Below are positions 36,724 through 46,451 of a stretch of DNA of 64,000 nt, piece by piece. The number at the start of each line of letters is the position of its first letter. Position 1 is the first letter of the stretch. This DNA is from an uncultured virus (IMG/VR IMGVR_UViG_3300031088_000821) (taxonomy: Duplodnaviria; Heunggongvirae; Uroviricota; Caudoviricetes), in the IMG/VR virus record IMGVR_UViG_3300031088_000821; one strand, written 5' to 3'. A program made the position numbers and the translations under genes. The notes below the pieces were generated by a model. The model made no database searches and was not told the DNA's origin. It worked only from the letters and a program-made list of their open reading frames with translations.

Positions 36724-37779
36724 ATGAAGATCAAAGACCTAAAAACTGGCGCTGCCGTAAAGCTCACGAAGCTCACCAAGGAATCCAAGGAAACAAGGCC
36801 TCCCAATCGCTATTCCGAGAATGGGCTAGTGGCTAAGCTCGAAGAGCTGGGCATTGGTAGACCTTCCACCTTCTCCTCCATTGTAAGTGTGATTCAGGAG
36901 CGGGGCTATGTGAAGAAAAAGGGCAACCAGCTCTACCCCACAGCTCGGGGCTTCGCCATTGCCCGCATCATGGGTGATAAGCTCACAGAGTTCACCGCCT
37001 ACGCCTACACTTCAGACATGGAGCAGAGGCTCGAAGAGATCGAAGAGGGCAAGGTAAGCCGAGAGCAGTTTCTGGCAGATTTCTGGCGGGGCAAGGACGG
37101 CTTCGAGGCGCTTCTGTCATCCCTGGAGAGCTCCATCGACTTCGATGAGCTCCGGGATTTGGCCACCATAGATTTGGGCAATGGCTATCGAGTTAAATTC
37201 AGCCGCTATGGCACTTTCCTGGAGGACTCCAATGGGGAAGCCAACGAGAAGGGCTACCTACCTTCCGCTAAGCTCGATGATGAGGTTGACATCTGGGACT
37301 ACAAAGATCCAGAAGTGGCCGCTGAGGCCATGAAGTCTGCCGCAGTGAGAGCGGAGGGTCCTCGAGTTCTTGGATTGCTTCCCGGCGGCCAGTACCAGGG
37401 CTGGACAGTTCACGCCAGAGAGGGCAAGTTTGGCGCCTATGTGCAGGCGATCCATCCCGATGAGGTCATCGCCCGTGATGCTGGAAAGAAACCCTCTGCA
37501 AGCACGCCCGCGGCCGTGAGCCAAAAGCTACCCGAAGGAGTAGACCTAGCCACGGTGGAGCTCAAAGATGTGGCGGAGCTCTTCGCTGAGGTAAAGCTCC
37601 CCCGCTGGTCCCCAGATAAGAAATGGCTAGTGGGCATCGGCAAGCGGGGAGCCTACATGGGCATGAAAAAAACTGCGAAGTCGCGGCCCGTTTTCAAGAG
37701 CCTACCCGAGGGTGTGGATCCCCGCACTGTGTCCTTCGATGCGGTGAAGAAGCTCTGGGAAGAGGCCGAGAAAAAGTGA
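36724..37779 (+). CDS. topA: DNA topoisomerase IA, C-terminal part
   Basis: TRPPNRYSE..LEELGIGRPST..ERGYV..YTSDMEQRLEEI; Topo-C repeats (GKFGAY, GKRGAY). Confidence 0.88.
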   Translation: MKIKDLKTGAAVKLTKLTKESKETRPPNRYSENGLVAKLEELGIGRPSTFSSIVSVIQERGYVKKKGNQLYPTARGFAIARIMGDKLTEFTAYAYTSDMEQRLEEIEEGKVSREQFLADFWRGKDGFEALLSSLESSIDFDELRDLATIDLGNGYRVKFSRYGTFLEDSNGEANEKGYLPSAKLDDEVDIWDYKDPEVAAEAMKSAAVRAEGPRVLGLLPGGQYQGWTVHAREGKFGAYVQAIHPDEVIARDAGKKPSASTPAAVSQKLPEGVDLATVELKDVAELFAEVKLPRWSPDKKWLVGIGKRGAYMGMKKTAKSRPVFKSLPEGVDPRTVSFDAVKKLWEEAEKK

Positions 37780-37817
37780 TAGATCCAACCGAAGTCTTAT
37801 CACGATATGGTAACCCC

Positions 37818-38594
37818 ATGAGCAAAGAACTTCCAAAACTTGTAAGCACTCTTGGTCTCTCACTAGCTCTATGCCTGGGCTTCGGCGCCCTAGCTCCAGA
37901 GGTCGCCTTAGCGGCTCCCGTTCCTTCGGTTGTGGAGGACGATGTGGTGAGATCCGAGACCATTCCCTATGAGCATAAGGTCATCGAGTCTTCGACTCTA
38001 CCCCAGGGTACTAAGGTCATTATTCAGAAGGGGGAAAACGGCTCCCGAGACTTCTATGAGGTCGCAGCTGGTAAGAATAGCCCCATAGCTGGCGCTAAAA
38101 CCATCAAAGAGAGAATTTCCAAGGAGCCCGTAGCTGAGGTCACCCTCGTGGGGACAGCTGCGGTCGTAGATGGGGTTTCCGATAAATCTAAGGCAAAGAA
38201 AAAGGCCGAGGATAAGGCCGCCGCAGAGAGGGCTGCCGCCGAAGAGGAAGCTCGCAAGGAAAAGGAAGCTGCTGAAAACAGCCTTTCGGTGACTAGTGCT
38301 CCATCCTATACGGGTGGTGGCTCCAAAGAGGAATGGATGACAGCTGCCGGCATTCCCGAGGGCGACTGGGGCTACGTCGACTACATCGTAAGCCACGAGA
38401 GCGGTTGGAATCCCAATGCGGTAAATGCATCTTCGGGTGCAAGTGGCCTTGTCCAGGCCCTTCCCTGTGGTAAAGTTCCGGGGAACTGCTTCGATCCCGT
38501 GGATAATCTCAAATGGGCCGACGGATACGCCAAGGGTAGATACGGGTCTTGGGCAGGTGCCTACCAGTTCTGGATCTCTAACCACTGGTGGTGA
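37818..38594 (+). CDS. Secreted G5-domain lytic transglycosylase-like protein
   Basis: Signal peptide, G5-like ETIPY..QKGENG, IVSHESGWNPNAVN.SSGA.GL.QALP..RYGSW; TATGGT 6 nt before ATG. Confidence 0.85.
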   Translation: MSKELPKLVSTLGLSLALCLGFGALAPEVALAAPVPSVVEDDVVRSETIPYEHKVIESSTLPQGTKVIIQKGENGSRDFYEVAAGKNSPIAGAKTIKERISKEPVAEVTLVGTAAVVDGVSDKSKAKKKAEDKAAAERAAAEEEARKEKEAAENSLSVTSAPSYTGGGSKEEWMTAAGIPEGDWGYVDYIVSHESGWNPNAVNASSGASGLVQALPCGKVPGNCFDPVDNLKWADGYAKGRYGSWAGAYQFWISNHWW

Positions 38595-38691
38595 CCGAGA
38601 AATACGGTTTCCACAATTGGTAGAATGACGGTAACTACAGCCATTCTGATATAGCTAAAAACAACAGCTTCTCTAGCCGAAAGTAGTCCAA

Positions 38692-39945
38692 ATGACTCGG
38701 AAAAAAGAACCACACTTCCTCTTTGACGTGGACACCACCATCTCTGTGGTGCTCAACTACGAATCGGGCATTTACGGGGGCTTCGTGGCCGACCTCGTGA
38801 ATCTCCATGACAACTTCGGTGTGGACATCGCGGCCAACAAGGAGGCAGAGGTTCTCGGCCCCCACACGAAGAAAGCGGCTCTCTTTGGGTCGGCCGAAGA
38901 GCTAGAGGCGCTCCTCGATGGTAAGGAAACCGTGCTTCTCACGGTGATGGCCGCCAATGGGGTGAAGCCCGACATCTTCGACGAGTATCTCCCCGTTCTC
39001 GCCACTAAGAAGGTGGCTCTTTGGATGCCAGCGCGCTCTTACAGTAAGAACACCAAGGACGATCTACTGAGGATCATTAAAAACCCCTCGGTAGTGGACT
39101 ATCTGGTTCTCGTGAGTAAGAAATGTGGCAAATCCATCACAAACGTCTACTCGAAGCTCAACCAGAAAACTCCGCCCATTATCTATGGCAGCCTCACGGA
39201 CTTTCCCCCCTACGATGCGGAGAGCTGGAAGCTCAAGGAGGAGAGATCTGATGTGATTTCTTTCGGTAGAATCGTGGCCTCCAAGGGCATTCGTCAGCTC
39301 ATCAATAGCCTCGAGCTTTCGGGGGAGTTCCGGTACTCTTACTACGGCGTTCGCTCGAAGATCAGGGATGGAAAAGTTTCGGGAAGCATGAGTGAAATCC
39401 AATGCCTTGCCCGCGACAGCTTTGCGGACAAGCGGGTGCCCGCTAACATCACCGTGGAGGACCACGATGGCGCCAGAACCTCTGAGCCATCCAACGATAA
39501 GATCAACTTTTTCGGCTACATTTCGGGCCGGGAAAAGCTCGCAGAAACAATCGGATCGGCATTGCTTCTGCTCTGCCCCATCCTTGCCCGCGACCCAAAG
39601 GAGAGCGAGCGGACCCACGAGACTCGAAAGACCATGTGGACTGCGGGCTTAGAGAACTCCGTCCTCGAGGCCGTTAGCCAGGGAACTCTCGTAGCGCTGA
39701 GCCAGGACTACGTGGAGGCAGTTGGTTTAGATCGCTGCCCTGTCCCCTGGCCCATGGACACCTACAAGGCCTCTTCGGAGCTCAATGGGATCTATGAGAA
39801 GGTTTCGGCGCTATCCAATGAGGGCTACCGAGCTCTGGCTGAGGCCCAGATCCGGTCTCTGCAGAGCCACATTGCGGAACAGTTCCTAAAGCCTTCGGAT
39901 CTCGAGGGATCTACGATTACGGCTGGACCTGTTAAGCTGATCTGA
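38692..39945 (+). CDS. Putative GT-B glycosyltransferase
   Basis: SFGRIVASKG and GLENSVLEAVSQG resemble the GT-B nucleotide-sugar binding domain. Confidence 0.55.
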   Translation: MTRKKEPHFLFDVDTTISVVLNYESGIYGGFVADLVNLHDNFGVDIAANKEAEVLGPHTKKAALFGSAEELEALLDGKETVLLTVMAANGVKPDIFDEYLPVLATKKVALWMPARSYSKNTKDDLLRIIKNPSVVDYLVLVSKKCGKSITNVYSKLNQKTPPIIYGSLTDFPPYDAESWKLKEERSDVISFGRIVASKGIRQLINSLELSGEFRYSYYGVRSKIRDGKVSGSMSEIQCLARDSFADKRVPANITVEDHDGARTSEPSNDKINFFGYISGREKLAETIGSALLLLCPILARDPKESERTHETRKTMWTAGLENSVLEAVSQGTLVALSQDYVEAVGLDRCPVPWPMDTYKASSELNGIYEKVSALSNEGYRALAEAQIRSLQSHIAEQFLKPSDLEGSTITAGPVKLI

Positions 39946-39990
39946 AGCCGGGGCTTCGTGCTTCGGCCAGGGCTTCGTTAGGATGAATCC

Positions 39991-41835
39991 ATGGCGAAGA
40001 AAAACCTCAAAGAAGTCGTGGCGGAAATCAAGGCCACTGTGGACATCGTGGACTACATCCAGGGTTCCGCGGTTAGTCTGAAGCCCTCCTCCGCAGGGAA
40101 GTTCAAGGGCCTCTGCCCTTTCCACGGCGAACGCACTCCCAGCTTCTCAGTTGACAGCAACTTTCAAAACTACCGCTGTTTTGGCTGTGGTGCCGGTGGA
40201 GATCTGATCTCCTTTGTGAGCAACTATGAGAATCTATCTTTCATGGAGGCGCTCAGAAAGCTCGCCGAAGAAGCTGGCATTGAAATGGAGCTCGAAAGCT
40301 CCGAAGAGCGCTTCAACTATGCGGCCATCAGGGACTGCGCAAAGGCCACAGCCAACTTCTTTGTGAGAAACTTCCGGAAGCTCCCCGAAGATCACAGGGC
40401 AAAGAGGGAAATAACCGAGCGGGGTCTTTCTCTAGATGGCATGATCTACGGCTATGCTCCCGAAGGCCGCCGGACTCTCTACGATTATCTCAAGGGGAAG
40501 GGATTCTCCGATGAGGTCATTCTTCAGACGGGTGTTTGCAGTCAGTTCGAAGGCAAGAACAATAAGCCCTTTTTCTCGGACTTCTGGCACGGTCGGCTCA
40601 TGTTCATCATCACGGACCCCACGGGCAAGCCCGTAGGTTTCAGTGGCCGCAAGCTCTTCGAGGAGGACAAGCGAGGAAAGTACGTGAACTCTCCCGAGGG
40701 CCCCATCTTCGACAAGAGCTCTGTGCTCTTTCACCACTCGGAGGCCAAAGTCCCCGCCAAGGAAACCGGCGAGCTCTACGTTGCAGAGGGTCAGTTCGAT
40801 GTGGCGGCCATAGCTGAGTCGGAGCTACCCAATGTGGTTGCTTCCTCGGGGACGGCTTTCACCCGCAAGCAGCTGCTCATCTGTTCGCGGCTCGTGGGGG
40901 AAACTGGCAAGGTGATCTTCGCCTTCGATGGCGATGAGGCTGGCCGCAAAGCAGCCTACAAGATCTTTTCATTGGCGGGAGACCTCCAGAGCCAGTGCTA
41001 TGTTGCCACCCTTCCAGATGGCAAGGACCCCTGCGACTACAGGTTGGAGCATGGCGCCAAGAAGCTCAAGAAGAGACTCCAGGAAAAATCCGTCCCCTTG
41101 GTGGAGTTTGTCCTCGCTGTCATAGCTGATCGCTACGATCTCGAGGATCCATCTCAGAGCTCCCGCTATCTCGAAGATGCCGCCATTGTGCTTAAAACGG
41201 TGGCTAGCCCCTCCCTGCGATCCAGCTATATGAGGAGAGTTGCCCTGAAAGCCGTGGTTTCCTTGTCCACTGTGGAGGACGCCGTGAAGGCCGCAAAGAG
41301 CTCGGATGAGCTACCTCGCGGCCGCCGAAGCTCTGAGGCCGATGGCGGCCAGGGTGATTCTGGAGATGATCGCAGAGAGCTCTTGGGCTTCTCCCAGAAA
41401 GAGGAGGCCTTCCTGCAGAAGCTGGAGAAGGATGAGCTCACTGGTCTCGCCGCTCGGCTTTTGAGGTTGGGCTTCGAGAGCCGTGAGCTCCTTCCCCGCA
41501 TCGCTAACATCGAGGCCGTACCTAGGCCACTGAAGGCACTTGCGTCTGAAGTTGACAAACTCAATGGCAAGCCACTGATCCCCGAGAGCCTTAGGTTGCC
41601 CCTCATTGCCGCTAGCCTCGTGGAAGCTGATTATTTCCCCTACATCAATGCTATGGGTGAAGATGACCGCTCTGATCTCTTCGACCACATCGCCCAACAG
41701 CTCAAAGATATCTCTGAAGGACAAGATCGCAGAAAGAGAATCCAGAGGGTCATGGACACATTGGGCGATAGTTCAGATTTGGAACTATTGAAGATGGCTT
41801 ACGAGGAGCACAACTACCAAGATGGAGATTCCTAA
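39991..41835 (+). CDS. dnaG: DNA primase
   Basis: CPFHGERTPSF..CFGC zinc finger; GFSGR; KYVNSPE; EGQFD; FDGDEAG; KDP. Confidence 0.95.
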   Translation: MAKKNLKEVVAEIKATVDIVDYIQGSAVSLKPSSAGKFKGLCPFHGERTPSFSVDSNFQNYRCFGCGAGGDLISFVSNYENLSFMEALRKLAEEAGIEMELESSEERFNYAAIRDCAKATANFFVRNFRKLPEDHRAKREITERGLSLDGMIYGYAPEGRRTLYDYLKGKGFSDEVILQTGVCSQFEGKNNKPFFSDFWHGRLMFIITDPTGKPVGFSGRKLFEEDKRGKYVNSPEGPIFDKSSVLFHHSEAKVPAKETGELYVAEGQFDVAAIAESELPNVVASSGTAFTRKQLLICSRLVGETGKVIFAFDGDEAGRKAAYKIFSLAGDLQSQCYVATLPDGKDPCDYRLEHGAKKLKKRLQEKSVPLVEFVLAVIADRYDLEDPSQSSRYLEDAAIVLKTVASPSLRSSYMRRVALKAVVSLSTVEDAVKAAKSSDELPRGRRSSEADGGQGDSGDDRRELLGFSQKEEAFLQKLEKDELTGLAARLLRLGFESRELLPRIANIEAVPRPLKALASEVDKLNGKPLIPESLRLPLIAASLVEADYFPYINAMGEDDRSDLFDHIAQQLKDISEGQDRRKRIQRVMDTLGDSSDLELLKMAYEEHNYQDGDS

Positions 41836-42412
41836 TACCCCTAGCCGAGAAAACGGCCCTACCCTAAAGCGTTTCCGCCAATCCACCACTCTACTGCAGC
41901 TTCAGGAAATCCTTTCGAACAAGTCTCTGAATTGGCGACTCCAATCGGCTACTTCGTCCCACACATTCTCCCAGGACTCTTCCAACATCACCACTTTTGA
42001 AAACATAGTGGACTATCTGGGGGAACTCGATGACGGCAAGCCACTTGTTGCGAGTAGCTTTTTGAAGAGCATTTTCGAAGTTGCGGATGGCCGCTGGGAA
42101 AAGAGCTCCGAGAGCATTATTTCCGAAGCTGACTTCTATGGGAATCTCGCCTACGGGAAACCCGATTTTGTGGTAAACATCCAGAGGGTACTCTTTAGCT
42201 ACTGCGGAGAGGAGTCTATTTTGGAGCTCCACATGGAGGGGAAATCTCTTGTGTTAGCCACGGGAGATCTCTCGGGCCGCACGGAGGCTCTCTTCGGAGA
42301 TCTCGTAGAGCCCGAAGCTCTGAACTTTCAGCGCTACATGGTTAGCATCTTCGATGCAGAGTCTGCGAGGATGAGAAGCGATATGGAAGTTGTCACACAA
42401 CAGCATTCATAA
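41822..42412 (+). CDS. Hypothetical protein
   Basis: 196 aa ORF overlapping the dnaG end. Confidence 0.6.
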   Translation: MEIPNTPSRENGPTLKRFRQSTTLLQLQEILSNKSLNWRLQSATSSHTFSQDSSNITTFENIVDYLGELDDGKPLVASSFLKSIFEVADGRWEKSSESIISEADFYGNLAYGKPDFVVNIQRVLFSYCGEESILELHMEGKSLVLATGDLSGRTEALFGDLVEPEALNFQRYMVSIFDAESARMRSDMEVVTQQHS

Positions 42413-42427
42413 AATAGCAAGAGAAGG

Positions 42428-43951
42428 TTGGCTAAACCCATGGCTAGAGACGATTTCGAACTCCATGTCTCTGAGTTTCTCGACCTGGATCCGGAGGGAC
42501 CTTCTGAGCTCTCCACTGACGAGGATAGCATAGATTTCAACGCCCTTCCCTTTTCTGAAGAACTCGTGAGAACGGGACAGCTCGCAACTGGCTTGGAAAA
42601 GAATCTCGAATCCTATCTCTCCCGAAACAGGCTTTCGCGAAGGGCTAAGAAAAATCTAAGGTCACTGGCGGTTGAAAACGATGAGCTCGAAGCTGAGGTC
42701 AGCACAATCGAGGATAGGCTCATAGCTGCAGCCTTGAGCTATCACAAACTCGTCGCCGTTTTCACGAAGGAAAAAACGGCGCTCGAAGCGGAAGTGATCT
42801 TTGACGAAGACCCCTATGATTCCCGAGTAGTTTCAGTGGATAGAGAATCATTGGGTGCTCTCAGCTCTAGGGAGGAAGCCAATGAGCTCTTCGAGGAAAT
42901 GGGTACCCTCGAAGAGCAGAGGCGAGAGCTCAATGCCAAGAGAAGGGCTATCCTAACGGACGCTAGAGCTACCCTGGAGTCCTCTAGGGCCAATAGCTAC
43001 GGACCTCTTCTCAATGCCATCGATGAGAAAATCCTCGCCATCGGTGGAGTTCAGGACATCACCAAAGCCAACTTCACCGTGGAAGAGGAAAAGAGCTTTG
43101 ACCACGATCTCGCAGAATTCCAAAAGTATGTTGTGGGCGACTTCGACCCCCTCGAAGAGGAGGATGACTATGACCTTCCCCCGCAGGACATTTCCCTAGA
43201 AGATTTCTCCGAGGAAGATTTTAGGCCAACAAGGAATGCGCTCACCGAAAATGAGACCTTCGACTGGGGCGGCCACTTCGGCGGCTCGTCGGAGGTCGGC
43301 GAAGCAGAGGAGGCTAGCGCCGTGTCAGAATCAGTGGAAAATGTAGATGATGTTTCAGATCTCAACGATTCCTCCATCAGCCCACCCACAGAGCTCATCG
43401 ATCTCGATTCCCAGTCGGATGATGGCGAAGATGGTTCGTCAGAAGCCGCAGATGTCGATTCTAGCGCCGAAACGGATGAGGATGAAGACGCTATTATCTT
43501 TGAGACTCCGGTTCTGGATAGCGCCTCCTGGGACTCCGAAGGTGATTTGCAACCAGTGGAAGAGCTGGAGGATCTAGGCCCTCGGGAAGAGCTCGACAGC
43601 CTCACAGAGGAGGCCATCGAAGAGCTCCCGGAGCTCGAGGGAGTCCCTCTAGTGGATGACGGCGAGGAAGCTGACGAAGTTTTCGCGGAGGACGGCCAGC
43701 TTGATGAGATCGTAGAAGCCGATGTCCCGGACTCGAAAGAAGATGCTCCACTGGCGAGCTTCGATGATGTTCGCGAGCTTCCGGCAACTCCTATTCTCGA
43801 TGCTGGCGCTATCTATTGGCAGATCGTAGAGGAACTCGGCTTGGACCCTCTGGCGCCAACACAGAGCCTCGAAGATGCCACTAGTTCGGAAGGCACATCC
43901 GAAGTTCCAGTGGAGGGATTCCTCAACCAAGCTGACGGGGAAAGAGGTTGA
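42428..43951 (+). CDS. Acidic coiled-coil/disordered hypothetical protein
   Basis: 507 aa, very D/E-rich. Confidence 0.7.
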   Translation: MAKPMARDDFELHVSEFLDLDPEGPSELSTDEDSIDFNALPFSEELVRTGQLATGLEKNLESYLSRNRLSRRAKKNLRSLAVENDELEAEVSTIEDRLIAAALSYHKLVAVFTKEKTALEAEVIFDEDPYDSRVVSVDRESLGALSSREEANELFEEMGTLEEQRRELNAKRRAILTDARATLESSRANSYGPLLNAIDEKILAIGGVQDITKANFTVEEEKSFDHDLAEFQKYVVGDFDPLEEEDDYDLPPQDISLEDFSEEDFRPTRNALTENETFDWGGHFGGSSEVGEAEEASAVSESVENVDDVSDLNDSSISPPTELIDLDSQSDDGEDGSSEAADVDSSAETDEDEDAIIFETPVLDSASWDSEGDLQPVEELEDLGPREELDSLTEEAIEELPELEGVPLVDDGEEADEVFAEDGQLDEIVEADVPDSKEDAPLASFDDVRELPATPILDAGAIYWQIVEELGLDPLAPTQSLEDATSSEGTSEVPVEGFLNQADGERG

Positions 43952-43954
43952 GCT

Positions 43955-46396
43955 TTGGCCCTTTTCGAACGGGAAGAACTAAACCACGAGAGCAGCTCCC
44001 AGGCAGATTCTAGCGCGGGAAAAGTTCTTCTCTTTGTGCTGGGTATTCCCCTGCTCCCAGCTGTGCTCTTCGGATTGCTGTTCTATTGGGTTTTTCTGAG
44101 AACTCTTAAGTTCCGTCGGAGCGTGTCAGCGCTCGTTGCGCTAACCATTGTAGCCGCAGCGGGTATTTTCATGGCCACTAGCCAAGCAATACCTCGGCTC
44201 ATGTCTGCGGTAATGGATTTCAGCAATCTAGGGGAAAACTGGCCTCAAACTCTCTACTTCGCTATACCCTTTTCTTTGGCGTTGGGCGCGCTTTTGGGTT
44301 TGGGTTATATCCTCTGGGAAGTGAAGGACATTCTCAACAATCCCCACAGGGTGGAGCTTCCCGGCTTCTGGACCTACAAGCTCAAATGGAGGAAAACTCC
44401 CTTGGAGCTCTGGAGAATGAAGCGCTCCATAGCTGCGCTCAAATCTGGCTCTCTCATGGATGGAGACAGGAGTCCTTTGGGCTACGAGGAGAGCAAAGAT
44501 CGGGTAGGCTACCGGTTTGTGGAGGAAGCCCGCCGGCACACCATCATCACGGGAGCCGCTGGTTCCGGTAAGACCATTTCCATGCTGGCCCTCATGCGGG
44601 CTGACATCGAAGCTGGAAGAACTGTTGTGGCAGTTGACTTCAAGAGATCTCCAGAGTTCGCAGCGAAGCTGGCAGCCTGGGCCCATGAGTTCGAGATCCC
44701 CTTCTATCACTTTGAGAAGGGTAGCCCCGAATCCTATAGGATCCAATACTCCGAGGGGCAGTCCACCTACGACCCCTTCGCTTCGGGCTCTGGCTCCGAA
44801 ATGGTGCTCAACATGCGAGAGTATGACAGCGCTTCGGCCGTCTATAAGCAGCACATGCAGCAGCTGCTTCAAATCATCTTCGCTATGATGGAGCAGGCAG
44901 ATAGAGCCAAGGCTCCCGAGGTCGACTGGGACCACGGTGGAATCTACATGTTGGCCTCCTGCCTCACGGACGCTAATCTCAATGATCTTCTCATCGCCTG
45001 CGAGGGAAAGCCGATTTTCCATGAGGCTTCCGAATATGTGCCTCTGGCGCTCTCTTCGAAGAGCGGCATGGAAAGCCATGCGCTGGAGCAGCTCCGAGGC
45101 CAGATGAGAACCATTGTGGCCTCCGCCTATGGCCGATGGTTCAAAATCGGCGATGGCAGCCGCAACATCGATCTCCTAAAGATGATGACCCAGAACCAGA
45201 ACATCATCCTCTTTTCCTTCAACTCCGAAGATGAGCCTGAGCTTTCCCGCTATGTGGGTTCCATGATCTTCGCTGATCTTCGAGCAGTTTCTAGCCACAT
45301 TAGGAACATGAAGGCCAGCAGGGATACCAATGTCTACGTGGACGAGTTCCAAGCGGTGCCACCCACTGCGGTGACTGGACTTCTGGAAAAGGCCCGAGAG
45401 TCTCGAATCGCCATGACATTGGCCCAGCAGGCCTTTGAGCAGATCATCACCTCCACCCAGGGAGGATCGGGCACGGGTGAGGCCTACCTGGATTCTATTT
45501 TGGTCACCTGTTCCAACTTCCTTATCCATGCTGGAATGACCCAGAACTCTGCAGAGCGGGTGTCGAAGCTCCTGGGGAAGGAGTGGAAAACCGTCTATGC
45601 CCGTACCAACAAATCCTCGGGCAGTTTCCTTAAAAACAACTTCTCCAATCGCCGCGATCAGATTGTCTCTGCTAGCAACCAAGAGGTCTGGCGGGTCGAG
45701 CCCTCGGAGATCATGCAGCTTTCAGCTCCATCTTCAGCCAATGGCTACAAGTCCACTGCCATACTCGTGAGCAAAGCCGTGGCGGATCCCGCCGTGGAAG
45801 CCAAGGGGACGATTGCCCGCACACTTTGGATGATTCCCCCGTCCATTGTTCTCGATGAATATGTAACTCCGATGGTGGGGAATGAAGCTGTAGCCGAAGC
45901 TGAAAATCTCTACGCCAGCCCACAGAGTGAGCTCTTCGTAGCTGATGAGGCAGCAAATAGATCAGCTGATTCCGTAACCTTCGAAGAAAATGCACTACAG
46001 AGCCAGGATGAGTTCGACTTCGATCAGTACTCCCATGGAGATGAGGATCACCAGGTGCAGGGCTATGGTGATGATTTCGATGGCGCCTTCGAGCAGATAG
46101 ATTTTTCTGCGGAAGAGGAAATCGAGGAAGATGATTTCACCATCGAAGAGATCGATGATGCCGACGATGATCTCCTCGGTAGCTTTGATCTCAAGAGCCC
46201 TCCTCCTTCTAAGCGGCCCTCCAGAGAAACAGCTCAACAAGCAGAGCGGCCGCCTCAGCGCCAACAGCCGCCCCGCCGTGCGCCCGAGGCTGAAACCAGA
46301 AGTCCCCAGAGGCCCATCGGAAAAACTGCTGGCATCCCCCGGGGTATTCCCAACTTTGCCGATGAGGTGGAAGAGGAAGCATTGCCCGATTTTTAG
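43955..46396 (+). CDS. Type IV secretion coupling protein (VirD4/TraD-like)
   Basis: N-terminal TMs, RHTIITGAAGSGKT, VDFK, VYVDEFQ, LEKARE..LAQQ; acidic tail. Confidence 0.88.
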   Translation: MALFEREELNHESSSQADSSAGKVLLFVLGIPLLPAVLFGLLFYWVFLRTLKFRRSVSALVALTIVAAAGIFMATSQAIPRLMSAVMDFSNLGENWPQTLYFAIPFSLALGALLGLGYILWEVKDILNNPHRVELPGFWTYKLKWRKTPLELWRMKRSIAALKSGSLMDGDRSPLGYEESKDRVGYRFVEEARRHTIITGAAGSGKTISMLALMRADIEAGRTVVAVDFKRSPEFAAKLAAWAHEFEIPFYHFEKGSPESYRIQYSEGQSTYDPFASGSGSEMVLNMREYDSASAVYKQHMQQLLQIIFAMMEQADRAKAPEVDWDHGGIYMLASCLTDANLNDLLIACEGKPIFHEASEYVPLALSSKSGMESHALEQLRGQMRTIVASAYGRWFKIGDGSRNIDLLKMMTQNQNIILFSFNSEDEPELSRYVGSMIFADLRAVSSHIRNMKASRDTNVYVDEFQAVPPTAVTGLLEKARESRIAMTLAQQAFEQIITSTQGGSGTGEAYLDSILVTCSNFLIHAGMTQNSAERVSKLLGKEWKTVYARTNKSSGSFLKNNFSNRRDQIVSASNQEVWRVEPSEIMQLSAPSSANGYKSTAILVSKAVADPAVEAKGTIARTLWMIPPSIVLDEYVTPMVGNEAVAEAENLYASPQSELFVADEAANRSADSVTFEENALQSQDEFDFDQYSHGDEDHQVQGYGDDFDGAFEQIDFSAEEEIEEDDFTIEEIDDADDDLLGSFDLKSPPPSKRPSRETAQQAERPPQRQQPPRRAPEAETRSPQRPIGKTAGIPRGIPNFADEVEEEALPDF

Positions 46397-46451
46397 GCCG
46401 ATCTGTGATATGTGAATAAGCGTGAGAACAAGAATTTTCTAAGGAGTTTAG

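Noticed and set aside
37623..37817. Longer N-terminus for the transglycosylase in the ORF track
   Set aside because: Overlaps topA-C; the signal peptide and -10 geometry point to ATG 37818.
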